A DNA stretch of 64,000 nucleotides. Origin: Epiperipatus broadwayi (taxonomy: Eukaryota > Animalia > Onychophora). The notes below the pieces were generated by a model. It searched no databases. It was not told where the DNA came from and saw only the letters and a program-made list of their open reading frames with translations. The stretch is from positions 868,001 through 932,000 of the forward strand of contig JAQFVV010000003.1 in the NCBI GenBank assembly GCA_028023455.1. The letters run 5' to 3'. Shown here one piece after another: positions 1 to 13,866 of this stretch. The position numbers and the translations under genes were made by a program. The first letter of the stretch is position 1; the number at the start of each line of letters is the position of its first letter.

Positions 1-279
1 CTCAAATATTAAGAAAAGTTATAGACAGGACCAATAAATATGAATTACCATTATGCTTTGGATTTGTACATTATGAAAAGACATTAGGTTCTATAAGCAT
101 TGCTAATTAAAATTGTAAACTATCAAGATACAGATTCAAGATATTGTCAAATTTTGAGGAATATTATTCATTAAAATGCAATATCAATTATTAAATTACA
201 TGGTAACTTTAGGAAAATGAAAATTAATTATGGTATACAATATAGTGATTTTATGGCTTTAAAACTTTTTACTAGTCAA

Positions 280-379
280 GCATTGGTGGTCGAGAGATCA
301 GCACAGCTACCTTACAAGCAGTTGTCCTGGGTTAGCGGTTTCGCTTCCCGGGCGATGCTATGACACATGAAAAAAAAAA
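280..379 (+). mobile_element. tRNA-Gly(TCC)-derived SINE or pseudogene copy with A-rich tail
   Basis: GCATTGGTGGT..AGCACAGCTACCTTACAAGCAGTTG..GGTTTCGCTTCCCGGGCGATGC aligns by eye to canonical eukaryotic tRNA-Gly(TCC), with the anticodon changed to TAC and an insertion before the T arm. It is followed by TATGACACATG and an A-run; the same tail is seen at 38117-38224. Confidence 0.7.
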
Positions 380-759
380 CTTTTTACTACTATTTTACAG
401 GAAATATTTTGAGTATTAAAATTGAAAACTAAAGAAATAAAAATAAATGGAGAGTATTTAAGTCAACTGGATATTATCATTGATATAGTTGTCTTTGAAA
501 ATAATGCTTCAGAACTTCAGTAAAAGATATGAATTATCAGATGAAAATAATAAAATAGGTGTAATAATCAATGCTAAAAATCTAAAATAATATTTTTATT
601 TTTTTTTATATGAAAAGAAAATAAATATGGGCAATAATGAATTAGAGTAAGTCTGGTTTAAATTATTAATACATATATGGACAGTGTGCTTTTTTGTAGA
701 AATAATTTAGTTTTTTAAAAATATGACTTTGAGAAAAAAAAGATTTGAATTGATGTGTT

Positions 760-1230
760 TTCTAACACATGTATCTGATATGTGGAAATTTAACAGAAAA
801 GCAATGAAGAGACTTCAAATTACTAGAAGTAATAAAGAGGAATCAAAAATGAGATGCATAGATGAAATAATGAACAGGTACTATTGATATAATTGAAAGA
901 ATTAAGAAGCTGAATTATTGTTACCCTGGATATGATCCTAAAAAGATGACAATATAAGGACACATGAAATCTTAAATTGTATCCCAAGGGATTGTAAAGA
1001 TTTAGAAATAAATTATATGTGAAATAGATAGATGAGACAAAAAAAGTTTTCTGGAAGAATGTAACGAAGTAAAGTCAGAAAAAAACTAGATCAAATTTGG
1101 AGAGACCTTTGTTATAAAGTAGTTCAATAATAGTTAAAATGATATTGATGATGTAACTAAATGTAAATTTTTAAGATGGAACAAAGTGCTATCTATGGAG
1201 CTAAATATAAAAACTGATATTTTATTTAGG
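760..1230 (+). mobile_element. Highly decayed retroelement fragment (LINE RT C-terminal-like); dispersed repeat shared with about 37034-37180
   Basis: AGATGACAATATAAGGA..GAAATCTTAA.TG..TTGTAAA..ACTTAGAAA recurs near 37034-37180. Broken translations give YPGY (YLG-like) and AIYGA (LYGAE-like) motifs, with many stops. Confidence 0.35.
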
Positions 1231-1434
1231 AAGTCTCTATTATAATTAACTACTGAAAAACAAATTAAGACACAAACATCATTGAACCTTACTTAAAATA
1301 TTTTTTTTTTACTTTTTCATTAGATGGACTCAATTCAAATCCACATCTGTTAATTAATAATTCAATATTGAACAGATTTTTATATCTTTAGAAATCTGTT
1401 TACTTATAAATTATCAGTTTGTTTGGTTTTGCAG

Positions 1435-1525
1435 ATTAATGAAAAAGTAGGAACTTTTGAAATCATAGTCCAGTATACTTTTATCTCATTACTGAATTTT
1501 CAAAAATTAGATGAATTATATGCTG
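1435..1525 (+). CDS. Weak candidate internal exon (INEKVGTFEIIVQYTFISLLNFQKLDELYA-G), unidentified
   Basis: Acceptor gtttgtttggttttgcag, 91 nt open in phase 0, donor G|gtaaat. No homology recognised; may be chance. Confidence 0.2.
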
Positions 1526-2563
1526 GTAAATATAATTTATAATTGATATATGCAAACATGAGTATCAAACATATGTTTATCACTATATGTGTGCATATAT
1601 ATTCACAATTTCTGCAAAATTCTAATTTAATGAGAAATAAATTGATTTTTTTTTTAAAAAAATAAAATAAATAAAAGCAAATTAATTAGATTTAGAATTT
1701 AATCACAAATTGTCATTTGTAATAAAAGATTAATTGAATTCTTTATTAATTCGGAATGTTATTTTAATTAAAGTTATATAAATAAATAGTTTCAAATTAA
1801 ATTTATACATGTGTGGATATTAAATGATCTGCTAGGAGTTTTTGATAAAGTGTACTGGGGTTTAAGTAAACATTTGATTATCATTAATGATAATTTAATA
1901 TTGATTTTTATCTAACAATATAACAAAATTCTATAACACTTATGTTTCAGCAGCTTAAGCAATATATATTTGTCCTCATATATGTATATGTCTCAATTTT
2001 GCTTTTATATATTCATCTAAAATATGTCTAGTTGTTTATGTATTTTTTTCACAAATTCCTTGCATGGTGGCATAAATTATGATAAAAAGTGTTAAATAAT
2101 AAGATACTGTCACTATTGATAATTAAATGTTATTTGGCTGTAGCACTCTATTGATTGGTTATATCATAGGCTTTTCAACAAGTGATTCAATATATATATA
2201 TATAATCTTAAATATGTTTTCTTTCTTAATATAAATATAAATGTTGTTTATATTTAATCAAGATTTTTTTATTTCTAAATAAATTATATACTAAACAAAA
2301 ATACATTGTTATGATCATATTACTATTAATATATAATGAGTATATTTTTTTAAATTCTTATATATAATTATTGACATAAAAAATAACATTACATATATAT
2401 TTTATATGTGCAATTGCTAAAAATTGTAAAATAAGTATAAGGTTTTTTTTATTCATCAGCTTTTAGTTTTTCCAGTTTTTCATCCAATTATTTGGTAATA
2501 AATGGATATCTGTCTATTCTTAGCTTAAAACTAAAACTAAAAAAGAAACTCATAAATACTCAC

Positions 2564-2647
2564 CAAATAGAGGTTTTCGTGCTCTTTCTTTCTGTTTCTC
2601 TGTGAAGATGCCGTTGCTCTGCAGCAGGGTATTTAAGATTGTTTTAC
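2564..2647 (-). CDS. Internal coding exon of an unidentified large-intron gene: (G)KTILNTLLQSNGIFTEKQKERARKPLF(G)
   Basis: Strong acceptor ttctttctttttatatag and strong donor G|gtgagt. 84 nt, symmetric phase 1-1; the other two frames stop at once. GC and CpG content is above the flanks. Confidence 0.65.
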
Positions 2648-2929
2648 CTATATAAAAAGAAAGAAACAAGCGTAATATGAACTTAAAAACTATAGTTATT
2701 TTTTGATTAATTTTCAAACATTGAATGTAGTTTTAATATTAAAATAGTTATATTTTTTGATAAAATTCAAGTTACACTTGAGTCGTATTAAATGTTCTCA
2801 TTCATGATATTATGAAATATAAGTCTGTAGTGTTAATTGGTCAGAATGCACTTTTTTTGGATAAATAATTTAATATATTATAAAGTTTCTTTAACAATTA
2901 ATATAAATAATTGCAACTCCTTATTAATC

Positions 2930-3010
2930 TTTAATATAAAATAATTAAGTAGGTATTTTTATTTTAAGATTTTAATATAAAATAATTAAGTTGTCATTTT
3001 TATTTTAAGA
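2930..3010. repeat. About 41-bp tandem duplication
   Basis: tttaatataaaataattaagt....tttttattttaaga occurs twice head to tail. Confidence 0.8.
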
Positions 3011-6000
3011 CAATTGTTCAATCTGAAAATGAAGCAAACTTAACATTCAGTATATATATATTACCAATTTGTTGAACAAATGTGTGTTAATTCGATGAAA
3101 TGATAAAAATAAATAAAATAATGTTTATATGTTGATTTGCAATATTTTTTAATATTACAGTTTTTATTACTATTGTTTAATATTATTACCATTTGACATC
3201 GTATTTATTATATTTATATATAGAGCTTTATAATGTAAAATAATATAATTATATATAGAAGGTGATAGAGAATACATTTTTGATGGAATTTATTAGGCTA
3301 AATATTGAAAAACTAAAATATAAAAGGAGTTTACTTGGATTATTTATATTTGTATAAATATTTAAATCAGTATATTCTCAAAATCAATCAAAATAAATGA
3401 TATCTGATGCTTTATGTAATTCTTTGATGAATCTCAGTCCCAAGATATTCAAATTTAATATTAATTATGAAGAGGCATTTTATTATTTAGTAAAATGGAA
3501 ATAGATAAGACAGGTATGCTTAAATCCTTTTGATAGTTTTTAAAAAAGTATTTAATTATATAATACCTGTCATTATACACCTGGTTTATAAGTTACTGAT
3601 GATCAAACTGTGTACTCTGTACTAAAGTTTCTTCAGAGCATTAGTTATATTTTTAGATATATTATCTAACTTTACAATGCTAATGAAAAAGCTATAATAT
3701 ATGAAACATAGACTTTATTTGTTTTAACCTACAATATAGCCATGATATCAAGTGACATTTTTAAATTTGAAGGGCTATTTTCCAAACTATAGTTTGAACT
3801 ATTTCATATTTCTAATAGCTCTTTCTTTTATAGTGTCATCTCACCAAATATGCTAACCATAACTATTCTTACTTAACTCAACATAAAAGGAAAAATATTT
3901 CTATATGTGAGAATCAAATTAAAATGAAAATAAGCCATGTCTATTAATCATCATCATGATCATAAATATATATCCTATATGATTTATCATAGTATATTCA
4001 TTACTATAAATTTGTAATTTCAGATAAACACTTGGGCATTGAGTCAAATCATCTCTGAATCAGATCAGCACATTAAAATTATATAATAGCTTTAGGAAAA
4101 TTATTATTTTTCCCTAAGCACTACAAGGCTAAAAGATGATGGTTTGGCTTATGTTTTAGTGGTTCTTAATAAGTCATACTGAAAAAGATAAATGTATAAA
4201 GTTGTCTTCCTATCATTGTAATGAAGATTTTTGTACTTCTTTAGTAGCTAGGGTTTATAATAAAAAACAGCCAATGAACTTTGCTGTTTTTTTTTTCACT
4301 TGTCCAATTTCACTCTCTATCTGACTGAAAGTTGACAGTTATGATGTGGTGAATAGTGGCTGATGTTTGATTTGATGATCTGAGTTGAACTGTTCTAATT
4401 ATTTTTATATTTGATTCTTTATATTATTTTTTATAACTCTTCAATTTCCAACTTCTCTTTTTACTTAAAACATATCTTCTACAAGTCAGAAGCTAATATA
4501 TTCATTTGCATGAGATATTTTTTCAAAAATAATTCTGACTCCTTTTATCTCATTTTCTACATCTTAATTACTTATTGCTTTTATAAATATCAAGTTATGT
4601 TTGTTTCAAATGATATTTTGCCAAAATTTTAAATATTTATACAAATTTTAAAAATATACATGAATAAGAATTTTTCCATTTTTAACATTTTCATTTTAGA
4701 GTCATAACAAATATGGCCATATTTTACCATTCTTCTTATCAGTTAGGTGTTTTTAAAAATAGATGATTAGCAATTCACTTTCCAACTAATAAAATCCCTC
4801 TCTACATGCTAAGTCTATGTGTTTTTATGAAAACTGATGCTCTGATCAGTAGTTTTCACATGTAGACATAATAAAGTTTATATCTTTTACAGCACTTACA
4901 TTATTGGCAAATCTATAAAAATTATTTTATTTTTAGCCTTCAACAATTTTAAAAATCACCTATATATTCCTCTAAATGTCAGAGTCAAGATGCAGTCAAC
5001 AACAAAAAAATTATTCAATGCTGCAGCTTTTGCCTAAATATGTTCATTTTTAGTGTCATATACTTCTACACGACATATGTGAATGTTTGTTTTAATTAAA
5101 TTTTATTTAATATTTATAATCATATTTCTAAACACTGTCTATTTTTTATATTTATTTAAATTATATTATTGTATCAACATTGAGTTCCATTTGGATACTA
5201 ATCACAGTAAATAAAAAGTTAATATAAAAAAATTAAAAGACTCACATTTAATATTGTAATATAATCAAATATGTAATAAATACTCACAGAGCATTACTGC
5301 TGCCTTAAGAAATTATTGTTGTAGAAATAAGAGATTAAAAAATTCTAACAGAATAGCTTTGTTTCAAAAAGATCAGTTTTATAAAGATTATTTGCATGTT
5401 GGTTATTCTGATAAATTTGTTAAAAGTATTTTATCTAATAGTAATAATGTTTGTAATGATGTAAAAGGACAAAGAAAAATATGATTTTATTTCTTTGCCC
5501 GTTAAATTGTCTTATTATAAAGTCATATTCCACAATAGTAATTTGTTTGGAAATAAGAAAATTGCTTGGAAAAGGGATATTACTTTGAGTAATTTACTAA
5601 ATAATACAAATAAGCTAATGCACATGCACTTGGTAGATGTTTATAAAAACATTGCACGTTATATAAAATAAATGTCTTATTTAATTAATACAAAGGAAAT
5701 TTTTGATAGGTCATTCCTGGAGTAATATATATTATCCCTTGTTTTTGTAAGAAGGTATATTATATAGGTCAGAATAGTTTGAATTTAAATGAAAGAATAA
5801 GGAAATATAAAAGTAGGATTAGAAATAAATATCTTAGTTTTGCTTTATACATCTGTGAAAAAGATACAGGTTCACACTATTAATTTTGATAAAGTTAAGC
5901 TTGTCTTCTTTGAGAAAAATGAAATAAAAAGAAGAAATAAGAAAACTTTATTATTAAAAATTTGTGATTCTGAAGCAATTAACTTATTTAAAAGTTTTTT

Positions 6001-8520
6001 GAATATTAAGGGTCTATGGGAGATAAGTGGAACTGTGGATAATGTTTAGTTTAAATATGTTATTTTGTAGTTTTTTACACTTGAGAAGTCTGTTTGTAGC
6101 AGTGAAACCATTGGTTATATTTCAGAATTTGTATATTTTAGGATTATTTTTTGTCTATTCAGTTTGATACATTGATTTTCATTAGCATGACTTTAATTAA
6201 TTATCAGCGACATTGTTTTATAATGCTGTTTTTCAATATAATCATTAGTAATATAAATTTAGTAATACATAAATAAAAAACAATAAAATAGAAAAAATGC
6301 AATAAAGATAAGAAAAAATTAGGCTTTTTTATAGTTATTAGAGACAGAAATTAGAAATTTGGCACAGATTTTATCATGAGATGAGAAATATAATTAATAG
6401 CTATATAATTACATATAGCAATGGAACCATAAATTTTCTCACTCATTGTAAAGCTAAGAGAGAAACCAATCTAGTTCTCAAGCTATTTTCAGAAGTTGGA
6501 TAAAGAATGTGTTGAAGAGTAAAGAAATTTGTAGCATTACCAGGTAACATGATGGTCAGTGCACTAACCATAAAAAAATAAAATGATTAAAATATAATGC
6601 AATCTTTATCATTTGTGTGGGTATCATGCACCTGAGATACGATTATTTTTATACTTTAAACAGTATTTACAAAGGCTAGTTAAATCTTTAAATTACTAGT
6701 TTTCATTTATGAACAATAAAGAAAAATTAAAGATCCATTATGATTAAATTCACTGATTTAATTATATTTAACAGCATTTTTTTTTTCAAAAAAAATAAAC
6801 AAAAAAATGAAAAGCTTTTTAATTAAACTTTCCAATAATAACTTAATTTATATTTCATTATTATTAATTCATTTACATCGAAAGAGTTCAGTTGAAAAAT
6901 GTTTTTCACACACGTTAACTTCACATTTTGTTTACAAGAAATTAAAAAGAATGTAGATATTTAATACATCTTCTGTCTGCGATTTTTAATAAATAAAAAT
7001 TAATAATTGCTTGTATTGATGAGGACATCATGTGATATTCAAACACCAAACAGATAAACTTGGTTGAGTTTCATTTATTTGACCAAACTGTTGTTTGGTT
7101 TCACTTGCCTCAGCTAGAAATTGGCCTGTGAGCTTTTAGTTTTTAAGTCGGGCACTATCCTATTGTTCTAACTATTCAGGGCATTTTATTTACATATGGG
7201 TGCATTATATATGCAGTTCTTTGTCTGAAAAAAAGAAGTAATAGATAATAGAGTATTTAAATCAAGCAATAATATATTGCATGTTGTCATTATTTACCAA
7301 TCACTTAATGCAAATTATTCTAGCATCTTAATTTTAGAACTATACTGCAAACTTTAATGAGCTCTTAAAGAATAATTAAACAGTTTATTGCCCAGTTTTC
7401 ATAAAAAGCTCAATTACTATATGGGTTGTGGTTTATGACTTTGAATTTCACATTCTGCTATTCTATTATTACTCCAAAAACAGGCAGGGGAAGGTAATAA
7501 TCTGTATGAAGATAAAGCTGAATTAATTAAGCAAAAGACATAAATATTGTAGTGGTATAACAATGAAAAGTTGGTTGATTCTATAATGTAATCCATCTAT
7601 CTATACAGCTATTTCTGAATCAATGCATGTGTTACATAATTTAGTTATTCAATACAAAATATTATGGCAATACATGTTTGGATCATGAGTTATGACATGA
7701 AATGTGGCAATGGTTTGTTCTCGCTATTACAAAATCTTGTAAAACATTTCAAAACATTCACTATCATACACAAATAAATAAATTGAAACTGTCATATACA
7801 ATTTGAATGATTTTAAATGTATCATTATCAGATTTTCTCATTTTGAAACAAAATTTAATGTTAGCTATTGTTCCATTGAATATTAAGTTTTGAAACATGT
7901 CCCATTTCATATCATAATTTGTGATCCAAACATACTAGTGCATTAAACTTGTTATGGTAAATAAGTAAATTATATCCTGCATAACACATGCATGGAAAAA
8001 AAATCGTGCACCAGTCACATTACACTGAGAAACACTGTATCTTCTATTATATACTTTTTAAAAGTTTTAGGAAGATTCACATTTTTGTTAATGTGACTAT
8101 CTATTTATGATTTATTATATACAACCAAATCAAATTTATAAATGCCACAAAGCTAATTATATTCTATTTTACAAATTTTCTCCATCAGCTTCAACATCTA
8201 GGCATGCACTGTAAAATAAATATGGAGATGTATAAAGCCAAAGAAATTAGAGTAGTATGATTCAACTTTTATGAATTTTTACTGCTATTTACTAGGCTGC
8301 AAATCAATGGTATTATTTACTACTGAAAATGCCAGGCTAATATTCAATTGAATTTTATAAAAATGTTATTGTATGGATGGTCTGACTTATTAATTCATTT
8401 TTTTAAAAATTGAAATGAAAAATACCATCACATGGAAAAAATTTTAACAAATAAAGAAACTATCATTGATAACATATATATTATGATTTTTTAAAAATAA
8501 TTCCACATTGTAAAATTTGT

Positions 8521-8822
8521 GTAATTTAAAATTAAATTTAAAACATTTTTTTCTCTCATAAATATTAAATTATTAAAAATTTTAAAGCCGAATAAAAGGA
8601 ACTCACTTATTTGTAAGTCTACAACAATTAAAAATACTGCATAGGGGCTTTTAGTAAACAAGAATACAGAAATAAGGGGAGTTTATAATTTTAAAATAAA
8701 TTTAAAATTTATAACATTTTTTCACTTCATAAATCTTAAACAAGTGATTTTTTTTAAAGCTGAGTAAAAAAAAAAGCTATTTGTAAGCTTACAACAATTT
8801 AAAATTCTGTACAGTGGCTTCT
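8521..8822. repeat. Degenerate about 165-bp tandem duplication
   Basis: Two copies share taattt..aaatttaaaa..cattttt..tcataaat..ttaaagc.ga.taaaa..tatttgtaag..tacaacaatt.aaaat.ctg. Confidence 0.65.
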
Positions 8823-11800
8823 AGGGTGCTTATATTTACATTAATTGAATTATAATTCAATTTAAACAGAAAGAATTTACATCCTAAGTACATTTGCTAG
8901 GTTGTTGTAATAGCTTAACAATGTCTTGTTGAGTAGTGAAGATACTCTCAAACTAAAGCAGAAGATAGAGACTTTTAAAAAGATAAGAATGGCTGTCTTA
9001 TTTTTTGTACCTAAATTTAATTATATAGGCCAGTCTAAAGAATATTAGTTTGTGTGAAGATGCTTATTTATTCACTTTACATCCATTAATTTCTTTCTAT
9101 ATATTAATGTTCACAATATTTTTCAATTTACTGATATACTACAGATAAAAATATAATTGATTTTAAGTAACCCACTGCAAGACAAAAGTCTTTAACAACT
9201 CTCTAAAAGAGAATAATGAAAGATAAAGCATCATCCCCCAAAATATTCATATGGTAAGTGGGGAGGGTTGGGGGGGGGGGATAAAAAAGAATAGGCTCTG
9301 ACAATTAGATGAAATAAAAATTCAAAATCTGTTATATACCTGAAAACTTTCAAAATCTTAACTTGTATTTGACTCCCACATGGTAGGAATATGATATCTT
9401 TTTTCTGGTTTTTAGAGTTATCTGTCATAAAAAATGGTAAACTAGGAGCTCAATATCTCATCAGTGCATCACCCTTTCTTCAAGAATGTAATGATAAAAT
9501 CTTGGATTTGAAGAATTAAGATTAGTCCTTATATGACAAACATAGCTTGTGAAAGATACTCTGTTACACAGCAAATTACCTATCTCCAGTTAATAATGGA
9601 TTTTTTAATTTTATGAAAATAGAATGTATATTTGAAAAAAAGACTCAGTCTTGCTTGGTAATTTGTCAGCTATCTGAAAAAAATGTTTTAGTTTTATTTT
9701 GAACTTGAATCATATTAAACTGGTTAATAAGCTAACTATCATGTCAGACAAAAATTAAAACTATCTTAAATAATTTATTACAAAAACTGAGTAACTCCAA
9801 TTTTATTTCATAAAAAACACATCCTCTCACACAACACACACCCTAATTTCACTAGATTAGACAACTTGCATTTGTTTTGAAGCTATATATTTTTCCTTTC
9901 TTGTTAGTCTCTAGTTTAAGACTAGCCATAATTTATTTGCTGGCCAATCATGAATGATTAAATGAGCTGATATAAGCCAGATACCTAAAAAAAAATCTAA
10001 GCCTGCTTAGAATTTCATCTCCCTAAAAGAATTTATATGCTATCACCTAGACTTGAATGTCAGAACACGAGCATGATAAGCATATGTGCTAACTACCACA
10101 ATAAAGCTTGAGATTTCATTTATTTTTTTACATATAAATTTTATGCTAATCATGTCCATAAACTTGGAAACAAAATTAATATTTGTGTATATATTGCATG
10201 TTACATATATTTTGATTAAATTTTTTGCTTAAGTTAGATTTAAATGTTTGGGTTACATTTTAATGCAATATAGTTACAGCATCATGAGATTTACATCAAA
10301 ACTTAATGTATTCTAGCATCTATTTGTTATGTCTGGATTCCTCAAGCGAGCAAGTGGCAATCATTTCAAAAAAGAATCTGAACAAATATATAAATTAATT
10401 TAATAGAAAAATCATAGTGCACATAAGTTTAGAACAAATACTTAATAAAAACAGGTTAAATATTAATTATTCAATGATAGTAGATATGTAATGTCAGATT
10501 TAATTTACTGTGCAATAGTAACACATTTCTTACATAATTACAGTTTTTCCCAAAAGCTTACTAAAATTATAATCAAGACTGGTGTGGTCTTTAATATGCC
10601 TAGATCTCATTTGTGATCTTCATTTGAGATGTCACTGGTTTTAGAAGACTGTCCACGTTCTTTTTCATTTAAATGTTGTTTTTAGCATGACATGCTAATT
10701 TTCTTCTGCAGCTATTGGCTTAATTCTTTTTTTAATACTTTTCTGGAATTATCTTGAATCTTTCTAGGATTGACTTTGCTTTCTATTTGAAGACTTCTGT
10801 CTTAGGAATAACTAATTAATTTGTTAATTTATTTAATCTAACAACTTGATTACATACTTTTTAATTAAACATTTCTTTTTTTTTTTAGTTAATCGTTATA
10901 TTCTACTTATTATCGTTTTTATAGTTAATATAAATTTTACTTTATATAACTTTAAATATGAATATTTTTTACTTTAAAACATATATACTTTTCATTATAT
11001 TTAATATAAAAATTATATTATGACTATTAACTAAACCAGTATCTGTATGTTATCTGAAGGGAGATTCATTTATTAAATGAATACTACAACTAAATGATAA
11101 AATTTGATCAACATCTATGGAGTTTCTCATTGCTTTCTGCCTTCTTACAATTATTTTATCGTCTGCCTGTTTAGAACTATCTTCTCACCGTAAACTGCAA
11201 CAAATATCCGCACGAATACTATTTTTTTATTTGATTAATCAATGACTATCACTGAACAACAAATAAGTTTTGTATTTATATCTATGGACAGGGTATGTGC
11301 AAACTTTTTATTCTTAAAGGAAATTAAAAATGGCTTACTTTAAAAAAAAAAAAAAAATCTGTAATCAATCCAGTTATCCTTTTCACATTCTATTTCATGA
11401 TATTTACCAAAAGACTAGATTTTAGAAATTGCTCAATTAACGTTCGTAAGCAATTCTTTTATGAAAGTTTTCCTTGATAAACTTTTTGCTGTAGTTGTTG
11501 AATTATTCAAAGGAAATCGTAGCAGACACTAGGAAGAGTTCAACATGGTTTACTTCTTATTACCAACTGTCAATTTCTAGAGAAAAAAAAATATGAACAG
11601 GCGCCAGCAAGTCTCAAACTGGCTGAAATAAAAGGAGATTAACAAGATGAGAGTAGTTACCGACTGTCAATAAGATAAAGGAGCTTCTCACTCGAATAAT
11701 TAATATATAGACCATCTTAAATTTGTATGGAATTAATGTTAATAAATTATAATGAAATTTTTATATACATTATTTTAAATAAAAACAAATCGTATATATG

Positions 11801-12870
11801 TGGTTTAAAAAACAGATGATGCTTGAATGTCGTTTAATCCTCCCAACAAATGACTACAATTTATTACTATTAAAGAATATTTACTGAAGCTCATAAATTA
11901 CTTAAACGTTAGTGAGCCTTAGAAATGTGTTTACTGTAAGAATTACTGTAACAATTTGCAATAAGAAAATTATTTTAATCCAATAGATTATCATTATAAA
12001 ACAAAGTTGATATGAATTTTAATTGAACCTTCTTAGTAATATGCAAAACAAAATATTTTCAAGAATTAGTAAGAAGGTTTTCATTTTTTAATTTTATTTA
12101 CGCATCCCTTTGCAATTGATTTCCATAAATGTTTCCTTCATGTTAGCAAAATGTTTGTAATTAATATGGTTATTTTTATTTAATATTTATATACTGCAAC
12201 TATAAATGAATAACCCAATAATGGGATTAAAAAGTAATAGCATAATTAGTATAAAACTTAAATGATATTAAAGAAAAGAAACATAAAAAAATTCCAGAAC
12301 TCACTCACTCATTGAATACTGATCACAGAGCTGATTGAGGTAACTGCTTAAACATATATATAATTACTAGTATTGATGTGACAACATTCTATTGTTCATG
12401 AAGTACAGAAAAGTGAAATCCGCCCCTAAGGAATATGGTGCTAAACATGTGCCCTTAGTGATGTATTAATAACACATGGTTTAAGTAGAAAATTACTATT
12501 CATCAAAAGAAAAATAAGAGAATGAGGGTTTTCTGAAGATTAAATGTCAATAAAAAAAACTGCTACATTACTCATCATAATATTCAATTTTTTTCACAAA
12601 ATTTGACTTTTTCTTAAATTAACAATGTTAATACTTCTTCTTACTCCCATAAACAATAATCAAAAGAAATTGGAAAAATATAAATCTGCCTAATGATTGT
12701 TTATTGATGTAACATTATTCATTTAAAATTACACTTGTTTGTAGTTAGAACAGGAGTAAAAGAATGTTAAAATTTGGGATTTAAATAACTTGAATGATGC
12801 ATTTTATCTTCAGATTTAATTAAAATGTGTATATCATAGAGAAAATAAAGTTTAATCTCAAATTTTTGGA

Positions 12871-13866
12871 TAATTGCAAGGAAATCAAGTCATACATTAT
12901 GTAACTTAATTTAGTAAGCTTGTACTACAAATGTTATATAATGAGCATACTAATAGCTCTTAACAAGCTTTTCCAAATATTCCTATCCTCAGACCAGTTT
13001 CTAAGCTCTGGTTGTCTTCAGTGAGGCACTAGGATATTCAGGCATTATATTTAAAAATACCAGATCAAGTCTTAGCATTTATCTAACACTAACTATTAAG
13101 TAAAAAAATCATGAATTTTTCAGACATCCATATGTCTTTAAATTCAGCTATCTAACTTAAATAGCCATATAGGACTGAATTATGCTCAGATACACCATAT
13201 ATTAATAGCTGTAGCAATATAAAATCATCAAAGCTTCAGGAACAAAACAATAATTGCAAGGAAATCAAGTCATACATCATGTGACTTAATTTAATAAGCT
13301 TGAGCTACAAATGTTATATAATGAGCATGCTAATAGCTCTTAACAAGCTTTTCTGAAAATTCTTATCCTCAGACCAGTTTCCTAACTCTGGATGTCATCA
13401 GTGAAACACTAGGATATTCAGGCATTAGATTTAAAAATACCAGGTCAAGTCCCAGCATTTATCTAATAGTAAACTAAAGTAGAAAATCTGAAATTTTCAC
13501 AGATTCATATGTCTTCAAATCCAGCTAACTTGATTTCTTTGCAACTGTTGTTTTGCTCTTGAGACTTTGGCAATTTTATATTGTTAAAGATATTAATATA
13601 TATGGCATCTGAACTTAGTTCAATCCTATATGGCTATTTAAATTTCATAGCTGGATTTGAAGACATATGGATGTCTGAAATTTTCAGGATTTTCTACTTA
13701 ATAGTTAACTATAAGATAAATGTTGGGGCTTGACCTGGTATTTTTAAATCTAATGCCTGAATATTCTAGTGCCTCACTGGCAACAGCCAGAGCTAGAAAC
13801 TGGTTTGAGGACAGGGTGTTTGGAAAATCTTGTTAAAAGCTATTAGCATGCTCATTATATAACATT
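12871..13866. repeat. 380-bp unit repeat: one full copy, one partial direct copy, then an inverted copy
   Basis: taattgcaaggaaatcaagtcatac starts at 12871 and 13251 (period 380). Copy 2 breaks at 13530. 13531-13866 is the reverse complement of the unit (e.g. ggtatttttaaatctaatgcctgaatattctagtg versus cactaggatattcaggcattagatttaaaaatacc). Confidence 0.92.

Noticed and set aside
9260-9280. G-rich motif GGGGAGGGTTGGGGGGGGGGG (possible G-quadruplex)
   Set aside because: An isolated homopolymer-driven motif with no functional context.
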